The notes: generated by a model not told the origin, from the letters alone. A stretch of DNA of 64,000 nucleotides from Minisyncoccia bacterium (GCA_038256975.1 JBBSJU010000002.1:65064-129063); one strand, 5' to 3'. Shown: positions 25,059 through 34,506, counted from the stretch's first letter. A program made the numbers and translations.

Positions 25059-26036
25059 ATGAAAAAGATTGTGACAATCGGTGGTGGTACCGGAAGCTTC
25101 ACTATTCTCTCAGGGCTCAAGGATATTCCTGACGTGCAAATTACTGCTGTTGTTTCTATGTCCGATGATGGGGGTTCTACAGGTGTTCTTCGAGACGAAC
25201 TCGGGGTGCTCCCTCCTGGAGATGTGCGACAGTGTTTAATCGCACTTTCTGAACATTCGGATATCGTTCGAAAATTAGTGGGATATCGTTTTGAAGAAGG
25301 AGGTCTCTCGGGTCACAGCTTTGGAAATATTTTTCTTGCGGCACTTGAGAAGGTGACAGGAAGTTTTATAAAGGGGATTGAAGTGGCAAGCGACATCTTA
25401 AAGGTTCGTGGGTCCGTTATTCCCGTAACGGATGATAAGGCTCATCTTTATATCACACTCGAAGACGGAACTCTTTTAAAAGGTGAGAATGCAATTAATC
25501 ACGCCGACATGCAGGCGGGCGGGGTTGCAAATATATATTATGAAACTAATGTTGTACTTAATGCCCGTGCGCATGATGCTATAGAGGACGCAGACGTTAT
25601 TATTCTCGGCCCAGGAAACTATTACTGCTCAGTACTTCCTAATATTGCGGTTTCTGGTATGGTTGAGGCTTTACAGAAAACAAAAGCTAAAATTATTTTT
25701 CCTATAAATCTTACAAACAAAAAAGGCCATACATTGTATTGGACTGCAAAAGGCTACGTTGAAGATATTGAACGGTATCTCAAAAGACCGCTTGATATTG
25801 TTTTGGTGAATAGCCTTCCACCATCGAAAGAACAGTTGGAGAAATATGAGCTTCAAGAGGGAGATGGGGTGCTTGTTGTCGACGATCTTCCTACGAACAA
25901 GAAGACCGTTCGATTACCGCTTTTATCTCAAGGGGCAGTTTCTTTTCAGAAGGCAGACGTTATTGCTGAGAGCCGGAGTTTTATTCGTCACGACAGCACT
26001 CTTCTTGCTCAAGCGATACAAGATTTGTTGAAGTAA
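25059..26036 (+). CDS. yvcK: gluconeogenesis factor YvcK/CofD-like (UPF0052)
   Basis: MKKIVTIGGGTGSFTILSGLK...TAVVSMSDDGGSTGVLR matches the YvcK N-terminus. Confidence 0.8.
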   Translation: MKKIVTIGGGTGSFTILSGLKDIPDVQITAVVSMSDDGGSTGVLRDELGVLPPGDVRQCLIALSEHSDIVRKLVGYRFEEGGLSGHSFGNIFLAALEKVTGSFIKGIEVASDILKVRGSVIPVTDDKAHLYITLEDGTLLKGENAINHADMQAGGVANIYYETNVVLNARAHDAIEDADVIILGPGNYYCSVLPNIAVSGMVEALQKTKAKIIFPINLTNKKGHTLYWTAKGYVEDIERYLKRPLDIVLVNSLPPSKEQLEKYELQEGDGVLVVDDLPTNKKTVRLPLLSQGAVSFQKADVIAESRSFIRHDSTLLAQAIQDLLK

Positions 26037-26084
26037 TAGTGCAGATGTACTTTTTCACGATTTTGACTTAGAATCCAAGGACAT

Positions 26085-26104
26085 GCCGGGGTGGCGAAAT
26101 TGGT
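26085..26104 (+). repeat. 20-nt duplicate of the tRNA-Leu 5' end (decayed tandem tRNA copy)
   Basis: GCCGGGGTGGCGAAATTGGT is identical to 26179-26198. The following 70 nt retain CACTTGCC..CAAG of an anticodon arm but cannot fold into a tRNA. Confidence 0.5.
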
Positions 26105-26178
26105 CAAAACGAACAATTGTCACTTGCCGGCAAGTCGGATGTTTTAACTCAAAACATCTGTAGATAAAAATAAATAAC

Positions 26179-26260
26179 GCCGGGGTGGCGAAATTGGTAG
26201 ACGCACTTGCCTTAGGAGCAAGCGAGGTGACTCATGGAGGTTCAAGTCCTCTCCCCGGCA
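26179..26260 (+). tRNA. tRNA-Leu (anticodon TAG), type II
   Basis: GCCGGGGTGGCGAAATTGGTAGACGCACTTGC CTTAGGA GCAAG, long variable arm, GGAGG TTCAAGT CCTCT, CCCCGGC A. Confidence 0.85.
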
Positions 26261-26279
26261 CAAAAAATAAAAAACAAAA

Positions 26280-26305
26280 AAAGAGTGCGCGCACTCTTTT
26301 TTTGT
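26280..26305 (+). terminator. intrinsic terminator after tRNA-Leu
   Basis: AAGAGTGCGCGCACTCTT followed by TTTTTTG. Confidence 0.6.
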
Positions 26306-26336
26306 TTGTGATAAAATCTGTTCAACCCGTACCAAT

Positions 26337-27506
26337 ATGCCACCAACACACGCAAAAAATCCATACGAGAATGCAATCTTTTGGGTTGATGTTGAGAAGA
26401 TTGTTCCAAATCCGTATCAACCTCGGCGTGAGTTTGATGAGCAAGCACTCAAAGAACTATCTGATTCAATTAAACAATATGGGATTTTACAACCACTTGT
26501 TGTTTCGCGTATTGAAAACTGGAATGAAGATGGAAGTTTGAATGTAAGCTACGAGCTTATTGCAGGTGAACGTCGATTGCGAGCATCAAAATTAGCTGGA
26601 CTCACACAGGTTCCTGTACTTATTCGTGTTGGTGATGACTCTCGTGCAAAACTCGAACTTGCTATTCTTGAAAACTTACAACGTGAAGACTTGAATCCTG
26701 TTGATCGCGCCAAGGCATTCGCACAACTTTCATCTGAGTTTAATTTAAAGCACGGTGAGATTGGGCAAAAGATGGGAAAAAGTCGGGAATATGTTTCAAA
26801 TACATTACGACTTCTTACTCTACCGGAAGATGTGTTGAGTGCACTTGCCACAGGAAAGATTTCAGAAGGGCATACTCGGCCGCTCATGATGCTTATCGAT
26901 CGTCCTGAAGAGCAACTCACCTTGTTTAAGGAAATGCTTTTACGAAAGATGACGGTGCGTGAAGCTGAAGGCATTGCACGACGGATTGCGTATGACAAAG
27001 TGCGCAAAAAGGATCGCTTCTTTGATCCAGATATCGCTGAAATTGAAGGCTCACTTGCTGAAACGCTGGGTACTCGAGTACATATTGAAAAGAGGGAAGT
27101 TGGTGGAAAAATCTCAATCGACTTCTTCTCATATGAAGAGTTGCAATCTATTTTAGATCACATCAAAACAGGAGCTCCTGTTTCAAAATCAGGCATGCGC
27201 GAAATGATTGATAGGGTGAATCCAAAAGGTATGATGGCAGCCAGCTCTGTGATTCCTGCGGTTGCTCAAGATGTTGCCCCAGAGCAAACAATTGTTGAAG
27301 CACCTCTCGAACATCCGATGGTTGCCACAAATACAGTTGTAGAAACAACACCTCTTGAAAACGCTTTGCCTGTCGAGCATCCAGTGTATACAGAAAGTCT
27401 TGAGCAAGAAGAGAATCTCATTGATGATAGATCAAAAGAAGAAGTTAAAAAAGAAGAGAACACAGATGATCCTGACCTATATAACATTAATAACTTTGTT
27501 GTTTAG
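26337..27506 (+). CDS. parB: ParB/Spo0J-family partition protein with extended C-terminus
   Basis: ParB box ELIAGERRLRASKLAGL and an HTH region. 389 aa. Confidence 0.75.
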   Translation: MPPTHAKNPYENAIFWVDVEKIVPNPYQPRREFDEQALKELSDSIKQYGILQPLVVSRIENWNEDGSLNVSYELIAGERRLRASKLAGLTQVPVLIRVGDDSRAKLELAILENLQREDLNPVDRAKAFAQLSSEFNLKHGEIGQKMGKSREYVSNTLRLLTLPEDVLSALATGKISEGHTRPLMMLIDRPEEQLTLFKEMLLRKMTVREAEGIARRIAYDKVRKKDRFFDPDIAEIEGSLAETLGTRVHIEKREVGGKISIDFFSYEELQSILDHIKTGAPVSKSGMREMIDRVNPKGMMAASSVIPAVAQDVAPEQTIVEAPLEHPMVATNTVVETTPLENALPVEHPVYTESLEQEENLIDDRSKEEVKKEENTDDPDLYNINNFVV

Positions 27507-27513
27507 ATAAATA

Positions 27514-27546
27514 AAAATACCGCCTCAAGTGCGGTATTTTTATTTA
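27514..27546. terminator. bidirectional terminator between parB and gatB
   Basis: AAAATACCGC ctcaagt GCGGTATTTT, then TATTTAT. Confidence 0.65.
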
Positions 27547-27552
27547 TCCCAT

Positions 27553-27645
27553 ACACACTAGTTTAGAAATGCCTTGCGCAGGCGGGCAGTCGAGCGGAGC
27601 AAAAATTCACCAGAATTTTATGCGTGCATTTCTAAACTAGTGTGT
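27553..27645 (-). repeat. structured repeat element copy 2 (inverted): 19-bp closing stem around the conserved core, 20 nt downstream of the gatB stop
   Basis: Arms ACACACTAGTTTAGAAATG (27553-27571) and CATTTCTAAACTAGTGTGT (27627-27645). The reverse complement of core 27572-27626 matches 22908-22961. Confidence 0.6.
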
Positions 27646-27665
27646 ATTTTGGATGAGAGAGCGTG

Positions 27666-29081
27666 TTATTTACTCAACTCTTCTTTCAACAATTCTTGGA
27701 ATAGCCCCGGATTACCGGATCCCTTAGATGCTTTCATACATTGCCCCACAAAGAACATCAAGATGCTTTCTTTTCCTGACTTAAATTCAGCAACTTGATT
27801 TGGGTTTGACGCAATTGCTTCACGCACAAGAAGCCGGAGAGCCTCAGGGTCATTTTTCTGAATGAGGCCATGCTTTTCTGCGAGTTCTTTTGGAGACATT
27901 TTTTCACCTTGTACAAGCATTGCAAGAATATCTTTCGTACCTCGACTTGAAAGTTCGCCCTTGTCTGTCATAAGGAATAATTCTGTGAGTGCTTCAGCAG
28001 ATGGAAGTCTTGAGCCTTCTTTTTGTAAGAGGCCAGGAATATCCACGGTGAGATAGTTTGCAGCTGTTACGAGCATCTCTTTTTTGTTTGAGATACCGGT
28101 GATTGTGTCAAAAAGAACCCCATATACTTCATCAGAAACCAACTGTTCAGCTGTTTCTGATTTTAATCCCAAAGCTTGCAAGCGTACTCGTTTCTGCTGT
28201 GGAAGTTCTGGAAGTTCTGAGCGGATTTTTGCTACATTAAATTCTGGTACTTGTGAGAGATAGAGTTTAGGTAGATCTGGGTCAGGGAAGTAGCGGTATT
28301 CTTCAGCAGTTTCTTTTTTACGCTGACTGAACGTTGTGTTTGTGCTGTCATCCCAGCCGCGCGTCTCTTTTACAAACGGAACACCATTTTCAATCATTTC
28401 AATTTGTCGTGCTGTTTCGTATTCGATGGCTTTTTCTACTGATCGAAATGAAGCAATATTTTTTACCTCAACATATTTTGAAGCGGGTTTATTTGGATCT
28501 TCCGAAACAGAAATATTTACTTCGATGCGCATCTGGCCTTTTTCAATATTTGCATCTGAGACACCAAGTGTCCGTAAAAGAAGCTGTAGTTCACGTGCGA
28601 AATTTCCGGCCATTTTGGCGTTTTTAATTACTGGCTCTGTTACGAGTTCCATGAGGGGAACACCGGCACGATTGAAATCAACAAGTGAAGAGCCTGTTCC
28701 GTGAGAAGATTTTGCGGTGTCTTCTTCAAGGTGAATACGAGTGAGTTTTACTCCCGCTAGTTCGCCACCAGAGACCAGAGGATATTTATACTGACTAATC
28801 TGGTACCCTTTTGGAATATCTGGGTAAAAATAATTTTTACGATCAAATTCAGTAAAGTCAGGAATGATGCCATTAACAGCAACGCCCACTGTAATAACTT
28901 TCTTAATTGCTTCTTTGTTGGCGACAGGGAGGCTTCCAGGCTGGGCAGTACACACAGGACAAACATTTGTGTTCGGTAGCTCATTATCTGGCTCATTTTT
29001 ACATCCACACCACATTTTTGAGGCGGTTTTGAGTTCGGTATGGACCTCGAGTCCAATGGTTGTGTAATACTCCTTTGACAT
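27666..29081 (-). CDS. gatB: Asp/Glu-tRNA(Asn/Gln) amidotransferase subunit B
   Basis: MSKEYYTTIGLEVHTELKT... GatB N-terminus and the C-terminal YqeY-like domain. Confidence 0.85.
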   Translation of the reverse strand: MSKEYYTTIGLEVHTELKTASKMWCGCKNEPDNELPNTNVCPVCTAQPGSLPVANKEAIKKVITVGVAVNGIIPDFTEFDRKNYFYPDIPKGYQISQYKYPLVSGGELAGVKLTRIHLEEDTAKSSHGTGSSLVDFNRAGVPLMELVTEPVIKNAKMAGNFARELQLLLRTLGVSDANIEKGQMRIEVNISVSEDPNKPASKYVEVKNIASFRSVEKAIEYETARQIEMIENGVPFVKETRGWDDSTNTTFSQRKKETAEEYRYFPDPDLPKLYLSQVPEFNVAKIRSELPELPQQKRVRLQALGLKSETAEQLVSDEVYGVLFDTITGISNKKEMLVTAANYLTVDIPGLLQKEGSRLPSAEALTELFLMTDKGELSSRGTKDILAMLVQGEKMSPKELAEKHGLIQKNDPEALRLLVREAIASNPNQVAEFKSGKESILMFFVGQCMKASKGSGNPGLFQELLKEELSK

Positions 29082-29203
29082 GAAGGTAGTATAGCAAAAA
29101 GGTGCTTATTTAATAATAAAGATTAGGTGTTTGACTAGTGTCTATTTTAATGTTAATGAATTAAGGTAATCACGGATGGTCCGTGAAGGGAAAAGGAAAA
29201 AGA

Positions 29204-29782
29204 ATGAAGCTGATCTTTATTGTGCTGCTCTCTGTACTTTCCAGTTCTGTATTTGCTGGCGGTGGCAACGTGCAGTTTCTGTATGCCACTGATCCAGGAG
29301 CTACGGTTACTCCGGAGTATCTCTGGAAAGGTGAAAATTGCGGAGGTCTCAGTTTTGTGGACCTCTACGAAGATTCCAGGTTTTTTACGAACAATGTTAT
29401 CGACTGCGCAGTCTCCGACAATTTCTTCGTTGGTACTGAGCTTTCCGCAAACAATCGTGGAGAGACCGCCAAGCTCGGTATCGGAAGATCTTTTTCCGTT
29501 CCGGGTATGAAGGTCTTCCGGGTCACTGCGTATCCTGGTGTTTGGAGTGAGTTTGGCGACCAGCCGCAAGTGAAATTTGTTTGGTTGACCAATGATTGGC
29601 AGCTGACCGACACCTTAGCGATGTATTCCACTGGCTTTTTTCGCGCCAGAAAAGATGCTCCAGATCTCTATCAGCCGCAGGTGTGGCTGAAGAAGGAGGG
29701 GATAAATTTTCAGCTTGGATGTGAGGTGCTGGGAGTTGGTAATCACTCTGATTTCCAGATCGCCATCAAATATGTGTTTTGA
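29204..29782 (+). CDS. secreted beta-rich protein with an OMP-like C-terminal beta-signal (…FQIAIKYVF)
   Basis: Signal peptide MKLIFIVLLSVLSSSVFA. The last nine residues alternate hydrophobic residues and end in Phe. Confidence 0.45.
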   Translation: MKLIFIVLLSVLSSSVFAGGGNVQFLYATDPGATVTPEYLWKGENCGGLSFVDLYEDSRFFTNNVIDCAVSDNFFVGTELSANNRGETAKLGIGRSFSVPGMKVFRVTAYPGVWSEFGDQPQVKFVWLTNDWQLTDTLAMYSTGFFRARKDAPDLYQPQVWLKKEGINFQLGCEVLGVGNHSDFQIAIKYVF

Positions 29783-29803
29783 TGCGCCAAAAGATGAATG
29801 GTA

Positions 29804-29830
29804 AAGGCCCGATGAGTCGGGCCTTTTATA
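29804..29830 (+). terminator. intrinsic terminator
   Basis: AAGGCCCGA tgag TCGGGCCTT, then TTATAAT. Confidence 0.6.
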
Positions 29831-29868
29831 ATGTCGAACATTTTTAATAATCTAGGTATAATGTATCA

Positions 29869-30897
29869 ATGAAAAAAATTCGAGTAGGAATCAATGGATT
29901 TGGTCGCATCGGCCGAGCCTTTTTACGGGTTGCACACAAAAATCCTGAGATAGAAGTTGTTGCAGTAAATGATCTTGGTGATGTCCATAACCTTGCGTAT
30001 CTTTTGCAATACGACACCGTATATCGAAATCCTGGTTTTTCTGTTGCTGTATCTGCAGATGCAAAATCAATTCTTGTTGATGGTGCACCCCTTACATTTC
30101 TTCAAGAAAAAGATCCAACTCTTTTACCGTGGAAAGCTCTTGATATAGATGTTGTTGTTGAGTCTACCGGACTTTTTGCAACATACGAAAAATCTCAAGC
30201 TCATATTCAAGCGGGTGCAAAGAAAGTCGTTATCTCAGCTCCCGCAAAGGGTGATACTGGTAGTGCGCAAGGTGAAACTATTTTGATGTCGATTAATGAA
30301 GAAAAGTTTGGCACGTGCGATATCACTTCAAACGCATCATGCACCACAAATGCCGCTTCACCACTCATCTCTATTTTAGATGAAGCGCTTGGTGTAGAAA
30401 AAGCAATTCTAAATACTGTTCATGGCTACACAGCAAGCCAAGGAATTGTGGATGGTCCAAACAAAAAAGATTTTCGAGAGGGCAGAGCTGCGGCGATGAA
30501 TATTGTTCCATCATCAACTGGTGCTGCTATTGCGGTTACTAAAGCATTTCCAAAATTAGAAGGACTTTTTGATGGTATTTCTATTCGAGTTCCTGTTGTT
30601 GCTGGCTCTATTGTTGATATTACTTTTATTGCAAAGCGAGATACAACCAAAGAAGAAGTAAATGCTATTTTAGAAAAAGCAGCTAAGAGTGAAAAGTGGA
30701 ATAAAGTTTTCTCAGTGACGCACGATCCAATTGTCTCAACAGATATTCTTGGAGAAAGCCACGCTTCAATTGCGGATTTGGAAATGACGCGAGTTGTTGG
30801 AGGAAACTTAGTAAAAGTTTTAGGATGGTATGACAATGAAATGGGGTATACATACACACTTGTGGATCATGTACTGAAGACAGGGAAGACTATTTAA
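29869..30897 (+). CDS. gap: glyceraldehyde-3-phosphate dehydrogenase
   Basis: INGFGRIGR NAD motif, catalytic ASCTTN region, 342 aa. Confidence 0.9.
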   Translation: MKKIRVGINGFGRIGRAFLRVAHKNPEIEVVAVNDLGDVHNLAYLLQYDTVYRNPGFSVAVSADAKSILVDGAPLTFLQEKDPTLLPWKALDIDVVVESTGLFATYEKSQAHIQAGAKKVVISAPAKGDTGSAQGETILMSINEEKFGTCDITSNASCTTNAASPLISILDEALGVEKAILNTVHGYTASQGIVDGPNKKDFREGRAAAMNIVPSSTGAAIAVTKAFPKLEGLFDGISIRVPVVAGSIVDITFIAKRDTTKEEVNAILEKAAKSEKWNKVFSVTHDPIVSTDILGESHASIADLEMTRVVGGNLVKVLGWYDNEMGYTYTLVDHVLKTGKTI

Positions 30898-30960
30898 TTT
30901 TTGACAAAAGATAGTTCGAAGTGTCTAATACAGGAAGTTGCTCTTTGAGTTTGTTCAAAT

Positions 30961-31012
30961 GTGGTCATAGCGAAAAGTTGCTTACAAATAGGCTATTCTT
31001 CGCTATGACCAC
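30961..31012. promoter_or_regulatory. 14-bp inverted repeat (GTGGTCATAGCGAA ... TTCGCTATGACCAC) with a 24-nt spacer, in the gap--31049 intergenic region
   Basis: Read directly in the sequence. It could be a terminator for gap or an operator-like site. Confidence 0.3.
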
Positions 31013-31048
31013 ACTAGGTCTTGGTTCTTCCTCGGATGAGAGGGAAAA

Positions 31049-31747
31049 ATGGGCAAATTAGCCCAAGGGGACACGGTTATGAATGAATTCGCAATCGCAG
31101 ATGTATTGCCTGGCAAACTGAACGCATTGGTGAAAAATATCATGCTTCAGACCGGTGAGACTGACCCGAATAAGGCAGTCAAACTTATCAACTCGGGCAA
31201 GTGGGTTGCTGCAGAGTGGGACCGTTCGTGGCACCGAGAAAACGGCCTCATTCGATTCTCGGTTGGACCTACGGATGGAGCTACGAGTGATCAATTGGTG
31301 TCTCGTCTGGAGGCGAGGAATGTCTTGAGTTTCGCTGATCAAGGATTTTACTCAGGGTGTGAGTCAAGCAAAGGAATTGTGACCGAAATCGCGGTCCTTC
31401 CAGGCACTCTTTTTCCCCACAAGAAGCCGAGAACAAATAACTTTTTGACTGAGGTAAAAAATCGTGGGCTCTTGAAGCCGAGCCGAAAAATAGCTTTTTT
31501 GATCGCTGAAAAGTTCACACATAATGAGATCAAAGCTATGGGATTAGGCTACATTATTGTAATGCCTGGGTCGATCGAGTGTCTCCCAGATTTCGGTCGC
31601 CATCCAGAAACGTTTTCTGTGGCGCGTGTTCCGGAGTCTGGATCTTTGGCTCTTACGGATCTTACCAACACTCTGGTAGCAGACTCTTTAGGGTGGGATC
31701 GTGAAGATTGTGCGTTTGCATTCACGGTTTCAGAGCGCCAGCTCTAG
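31049..31747 (+). CDS. hypothetical protein (moderately GC-enriched)
   Basis: 232-aa ORF. No family recognised. Its own terminator follows. Confidence 0.45.
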   Translation: MGKLAQGDTVMNEFAIADVLPGKLNALVKNIMLQTGETDPNKAVKLINSGKWVAAEWDRSWHRENGLIRFSVGPTDGATSDQLVSRLEARNVLSFADQGFYSGCESSKGIVTEIAVLPGTLFPHKKPRTNNFLTEVKNRGLLKPSRKIAFLIAEKFTHNEIKAMGLGYIIVMPGSIECLPDFGRHPETFSVARVPESGSLALTDLTNTLVADSLGWDREDCAFAFTVSERQL

Positions 31748-31770
31748 CTCTGGGGTTGCAAATAGTCGAT

Positions 31771-31803
31771 ACCCCGCTGTGTCTTGCAGCGGGGTTTTGT
31801 TTT
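31771..31803 (+). terminator. intrinsic terminator
   Basis: CCCCGCTG tgtcttg CAGCGGGG, then TTTTGTTTTG. Confidence 0.65.
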
Positions 31804-31839
31804 GTCGAATATTTTTTATGAACCAGGTATAATGGAAAA

Positions 31840-32295
31840 ATGAAAATCTTTCTCTCGTCAGATCATGCTGGATTTGAACTTAAAGAGCGGGTGGAGAAAT
31901 ATCTCCTCTCACTTAATCACGATGTGCAAGATTGTGGGGCAGAAACATATATTGAAACCGATGATTATCCAGATACTATTTCACCTGCAATAGAAGCACT
32001 TATTCAATTTGGAGTTGAAAATGCACGAGCCATTATTTTTGGTGGTTCAGGGCAAGGCGAGGCAATTATCGCAAACCGATACCACGGGATTCGTGCAGGG
32101 CTCTACTACGGGGGCAACTTAGACATCGTGCGACTTATGCGTGAACATAACAACGCAAACGTACTTTCGCTTGGCGCACGCATGATGCGGTTTGATGAAG
32201 TTCAGGCTGCGGTTGATATTTTTTTGGATACTCATTTTTCAACAGAGGAACGTCATGGGCGTCGCATTGCAAAAATTGATGCTATTACAAAATGA
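31840..32295 (+). CDS. rpiB: ribose-5-phosphate isomerase B
   Basis: MKIFLSSDHAGFELKE N-terminus (RpiB/LacAB family). Confidence 0.85.
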   Translation: MKIFLSSDHAGFELKERVEKYLLSLNHDVQDCGAETYIETDDYPDTISPAIEALIQFGVENARAIIFGGSGQGEAIIANRYHGIRAGLYYGGNLDIVRLMREHNNANVLSLGARMMRFDEVQAAVDIFLDTHFSTEERHGRRIAKIDAITK

Positions 32296-32984
32296 GTATG
32301 CACATTATTCCCGCAATTCTGCCCGAAAATTTTGAAGAAATAGAAAATAAAGTTGCACGTGTGGCTAAGTTTGTACCTTGGGTCCAAGTAGATCTCTGTG
32401 ATGGTAAATTTGTGCCATCTCAAACATGGCCATACAATGATGGTGGTTTCGAAAATATTCCACAAGATACTGAGCTTCCTTTTTGGCAGGATATAAACTA
32501 TGAATTTGATTTGATGGTTGCTGACCCAGTGTTCGCTGTTGAAAAAGTAATGGAGCTTGGTGGCATGCGTGCTGTGCTTCATGTGGGCTCGGCAAAAGAA
32601 GATGAAATGCTGAAAGCGCTTCGTGCGCTTGAGCACTACGATATGGAAGCTGTACTTGCGATAGATAACAATAGACCTCTCGAAGAGCTCTTTGCACTCC
32701 TTGATAAAGATCATCAGGTACACGCTGTGCAATGTATGGGTATAGAGCGACCCGGATTTCAGAGGCAGTTATTCGATGAGCGAGTTCTCGGAAGAATTAA
32801 ACTGATTAAAGAAAAATATCCCGAGATGACTGTTTCTGTTGATGGTGCTGTAAACGAAGAAACAGCACATCTTCTTGTTGAAGCAGGAGCAGATAGACTT
32901 ATTTCTGGTAGTGCAATCTTTGAGTCAGGTGATTCCCTTGGTACAATAAAGAAGTTAGAACGATTGTTCAATACTACCCAATAA
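32292..32984 (+). CDS. rpe: ribulose-phosphate 3-epimerase
   Basis: IIPAILPENF..VDLCDGKFVP N-terminus and C-terminal SVDGAVN...GADRLISGSAIF. Confidence 0.75.
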   Translation: MSMHIIPAILPENFEEIENKVARVAKFVPWVQVDLCDGKFVPSQTWPYNDGGFENIPQDTELPFWQDINYEFDLMVADPVFAVEKVMELGGMRAVLHVGSAKEDEMLKALRALEHYDMEAVLAIDNNRPLEELFALLDKDHQVHAVQCMGIERPGFQRQLFDERVLGRIKLIKEKYPEMTVSVDGAVNEETAHLLVEAGADRLISGSAIFESGDSLGTIKKLERLFNTTQ

Positions 32985-33835
32985 TGATGCAAACCCTTAC
33001 TGATGAAAAAATAGAAATGCTTACACAGAAAGCGAATGATATTCGTCAGTCGATAATCAAAATGCTTGTGGAAGCGGGAAGCGGACACACTGCCGGACCT
33101 TTAGGTATGGCTGATATTTTTACCGCGCTCTATTTTTATATTATGCATCATGATCCACAGAATCTTACGTGGAAAAATCGTGATCGACTTATTCTCTCAA
33201 ATGGACATATTTGCCCAGTACTCTACGCAACTATGGCACATGCCGGATACCTTCCAGTTGAAGAGCTTCAAACGTTGCGTAAGTTTGGGTCAAAACTTCA
33301 GGGGCATCCACATCGAGAATATTTTTCTGCACTTGAAACTTCATCAGGTCCGCTCGGATCTGGACTTTCGCAGGCAGTAGGTATGGCGCTCGCTGATCGG
33401 TTAGATAATGGCATAAAGTCATCAGTATTTTTTTATACAATGCTCGGCGATGGGGAATTAAATGAAGGACAAGTGTGGGAGGCGGTACTCCATGCAGGGA
33501 AAGAAAAGTTGCGGAACATTATCGCAATTGTTGACCGTAATAACATCCAGATTGACGGGTATACCGAAGATATAATGCCTCTCGAGCCCCTTGCGGATAA
33601 ATGGCGAGCGTTTAATTGGCATGTACAAGAAATAGACGGACACAATTTTCAAGATATTATTTCTGCTGTTGGCGAAGCGCAAGCGGTATTTGATCGACCG
33701 TCTGTCATTATTGCCCATACTATTCCTGGCAAAGGAGTAAAGATGTTTGAGAATGATTACAAATGGCACGGTATGCCTCCAAACAAGGAACAGGGTGCGC
33801 TCGCAATTGAGGAATTAAAAAAGATGAATAATTAA
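32984..33835 (+). CDS. transketolase, N-terminal (TPP-binding) subunit
   Basis: GSGHTAGPLGMADIF, GDGELNEGQVWEA. Confidence 0.85.
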   Translation: MMQTLTDEKIEMLTQKANDIRQSIIKMLVEAGSGHTAGPLGMADIFTALYFYIMHHDPQNLTWKNRDRLILSNGHICPVLYATMAHAGYLPVEELQTLRKFGSKLQGHPHREYFSALETSSGPLGSGLSQAVGMALADRLDNGIKSSVFFYTMLGDGELNEGQVWEAVLHAGKEKLRNIIAIVDRNNIQIDGYTEDIMPLEPLADKWRAFNWHVQEIDGHNFQDIISAVGEAQAVFDRPSVIIAHTIPGKGVKMFENDYKWHGMPPNKEQGALAIEELKKMNN

Positions 33836-33838
33836 TTT

Positions 33839-34042
33839 ATGAAAACAATAAAAACAATCATTGGCGGGATTTTTCTTTTTGGTGGAATCGTCGTGTTTCT
33901 TTGGGGATTGTACGCATTCATTCCGTCTATCTTGGGAATGAACGCTGAGATATCTTTTGCGGGAGCAATTGCAGGAATTGGCTTTGTAGCAATCCTTGTG
34001 GGTGCGGTTTCATTCTGGATTGGAAAGACGCTTCTCAAATAG
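33839..34042 (+). CDS. hypothetical small membrane protein (2 TM)
   Basis: 67 aa, two hydrophobic helices. It sits between the transketolase halves. Confidence 0.35.
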   Translation: MKTIKTIIGGIFLFGGIVVFLWGLYAFIPSILGMNAEISFAGAIAGIGFVAILVGAVSFWIGKTLLK

Positions 34043-34090
34043 CTTTTCTTGTGTGTTTCTAGTGTTTTGGTGGTATAATTTGAGGCACAT

Positions 34091-34423
34091 ATGCAATTAT
34101 TTTTAGACATCGTATTTCAATTAAGTGTTTTCGCGGTAAATATTCTTTTACCACTCTCACTTGCGCTTATAATCGTTGGTTCCGCACTTCTACACAGAAG
34201 TATTTTGAAATCAGCATTCTTCTCAGGAGTTGCTGTTGCGGTTTTTTATCTTATTATTTTAGGTGTTCAAATGAAACAAATTGCTGATTCTGGAACAGCA
34301 CTTGCTGATGTTTTTGCAAACGTACAGGGTGTTATTGGCCTTGTGCTCACTATTGTACTTCCGATCATTATCGGTATCATTGTAGCGATTGTAAGTAGTC
34401 GTCGTTTCAAGAAGATTGTTTAA
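34091..34423 (+). CDS. hypothetical membrane protein (3 TM)
   Basis: 110 aa, hydrophobic. Confidence 0.35.
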   Translation: MQLFLDIVFQLSVFAVNILLPLSLALIIVGSALLHRSILKSAFFSGVAVAVFYLIILGVQMKQIADSGTALADVFANVQGVIGLVLTIVLPIIIGIIVAIVSSRRFKKIV

Positions 34424-34448
34424 TAAGAGTTTAATTAAAAACAAAACG

Positions 34449-34478
34449 ACTCATTTGAGTCGTTTTGTTTTTTGTGAT
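34449..34478 (+). terminator. intrinsic terminator upstream of the transketolase C-half
   Basis: AAAACGACTCA tt TGAGTCGTTTT, then GTTTTTT. An extended -10 (TGATATACT, 34480-34488) follows. Confidence 0.6.
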
Positions 34479-34506
34479 GATATACTAAGAATAATACAAA
34501 GCCTGT

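Noticed and set aside
22892-27645. Interpreting the two structured repeats as a MITE or the inverted ends of one large transposon
   Set aside because: The 4.6 kb between them is core housekeeping (rpsA, yvcK, tRNA-Leu, parB). The closing stems differ in sequence between copies, which is the opposite of conserved TIRs. No transposase is present.
31049-31747. Assigning a function to the 232-aa GC-enriched hypothetical protein (and similarly 19723..20181, 43449..43796)
   Set aside because: I recognised no motif. Any name would be a guess, so they are kept as hypothetical with a compositional note only.
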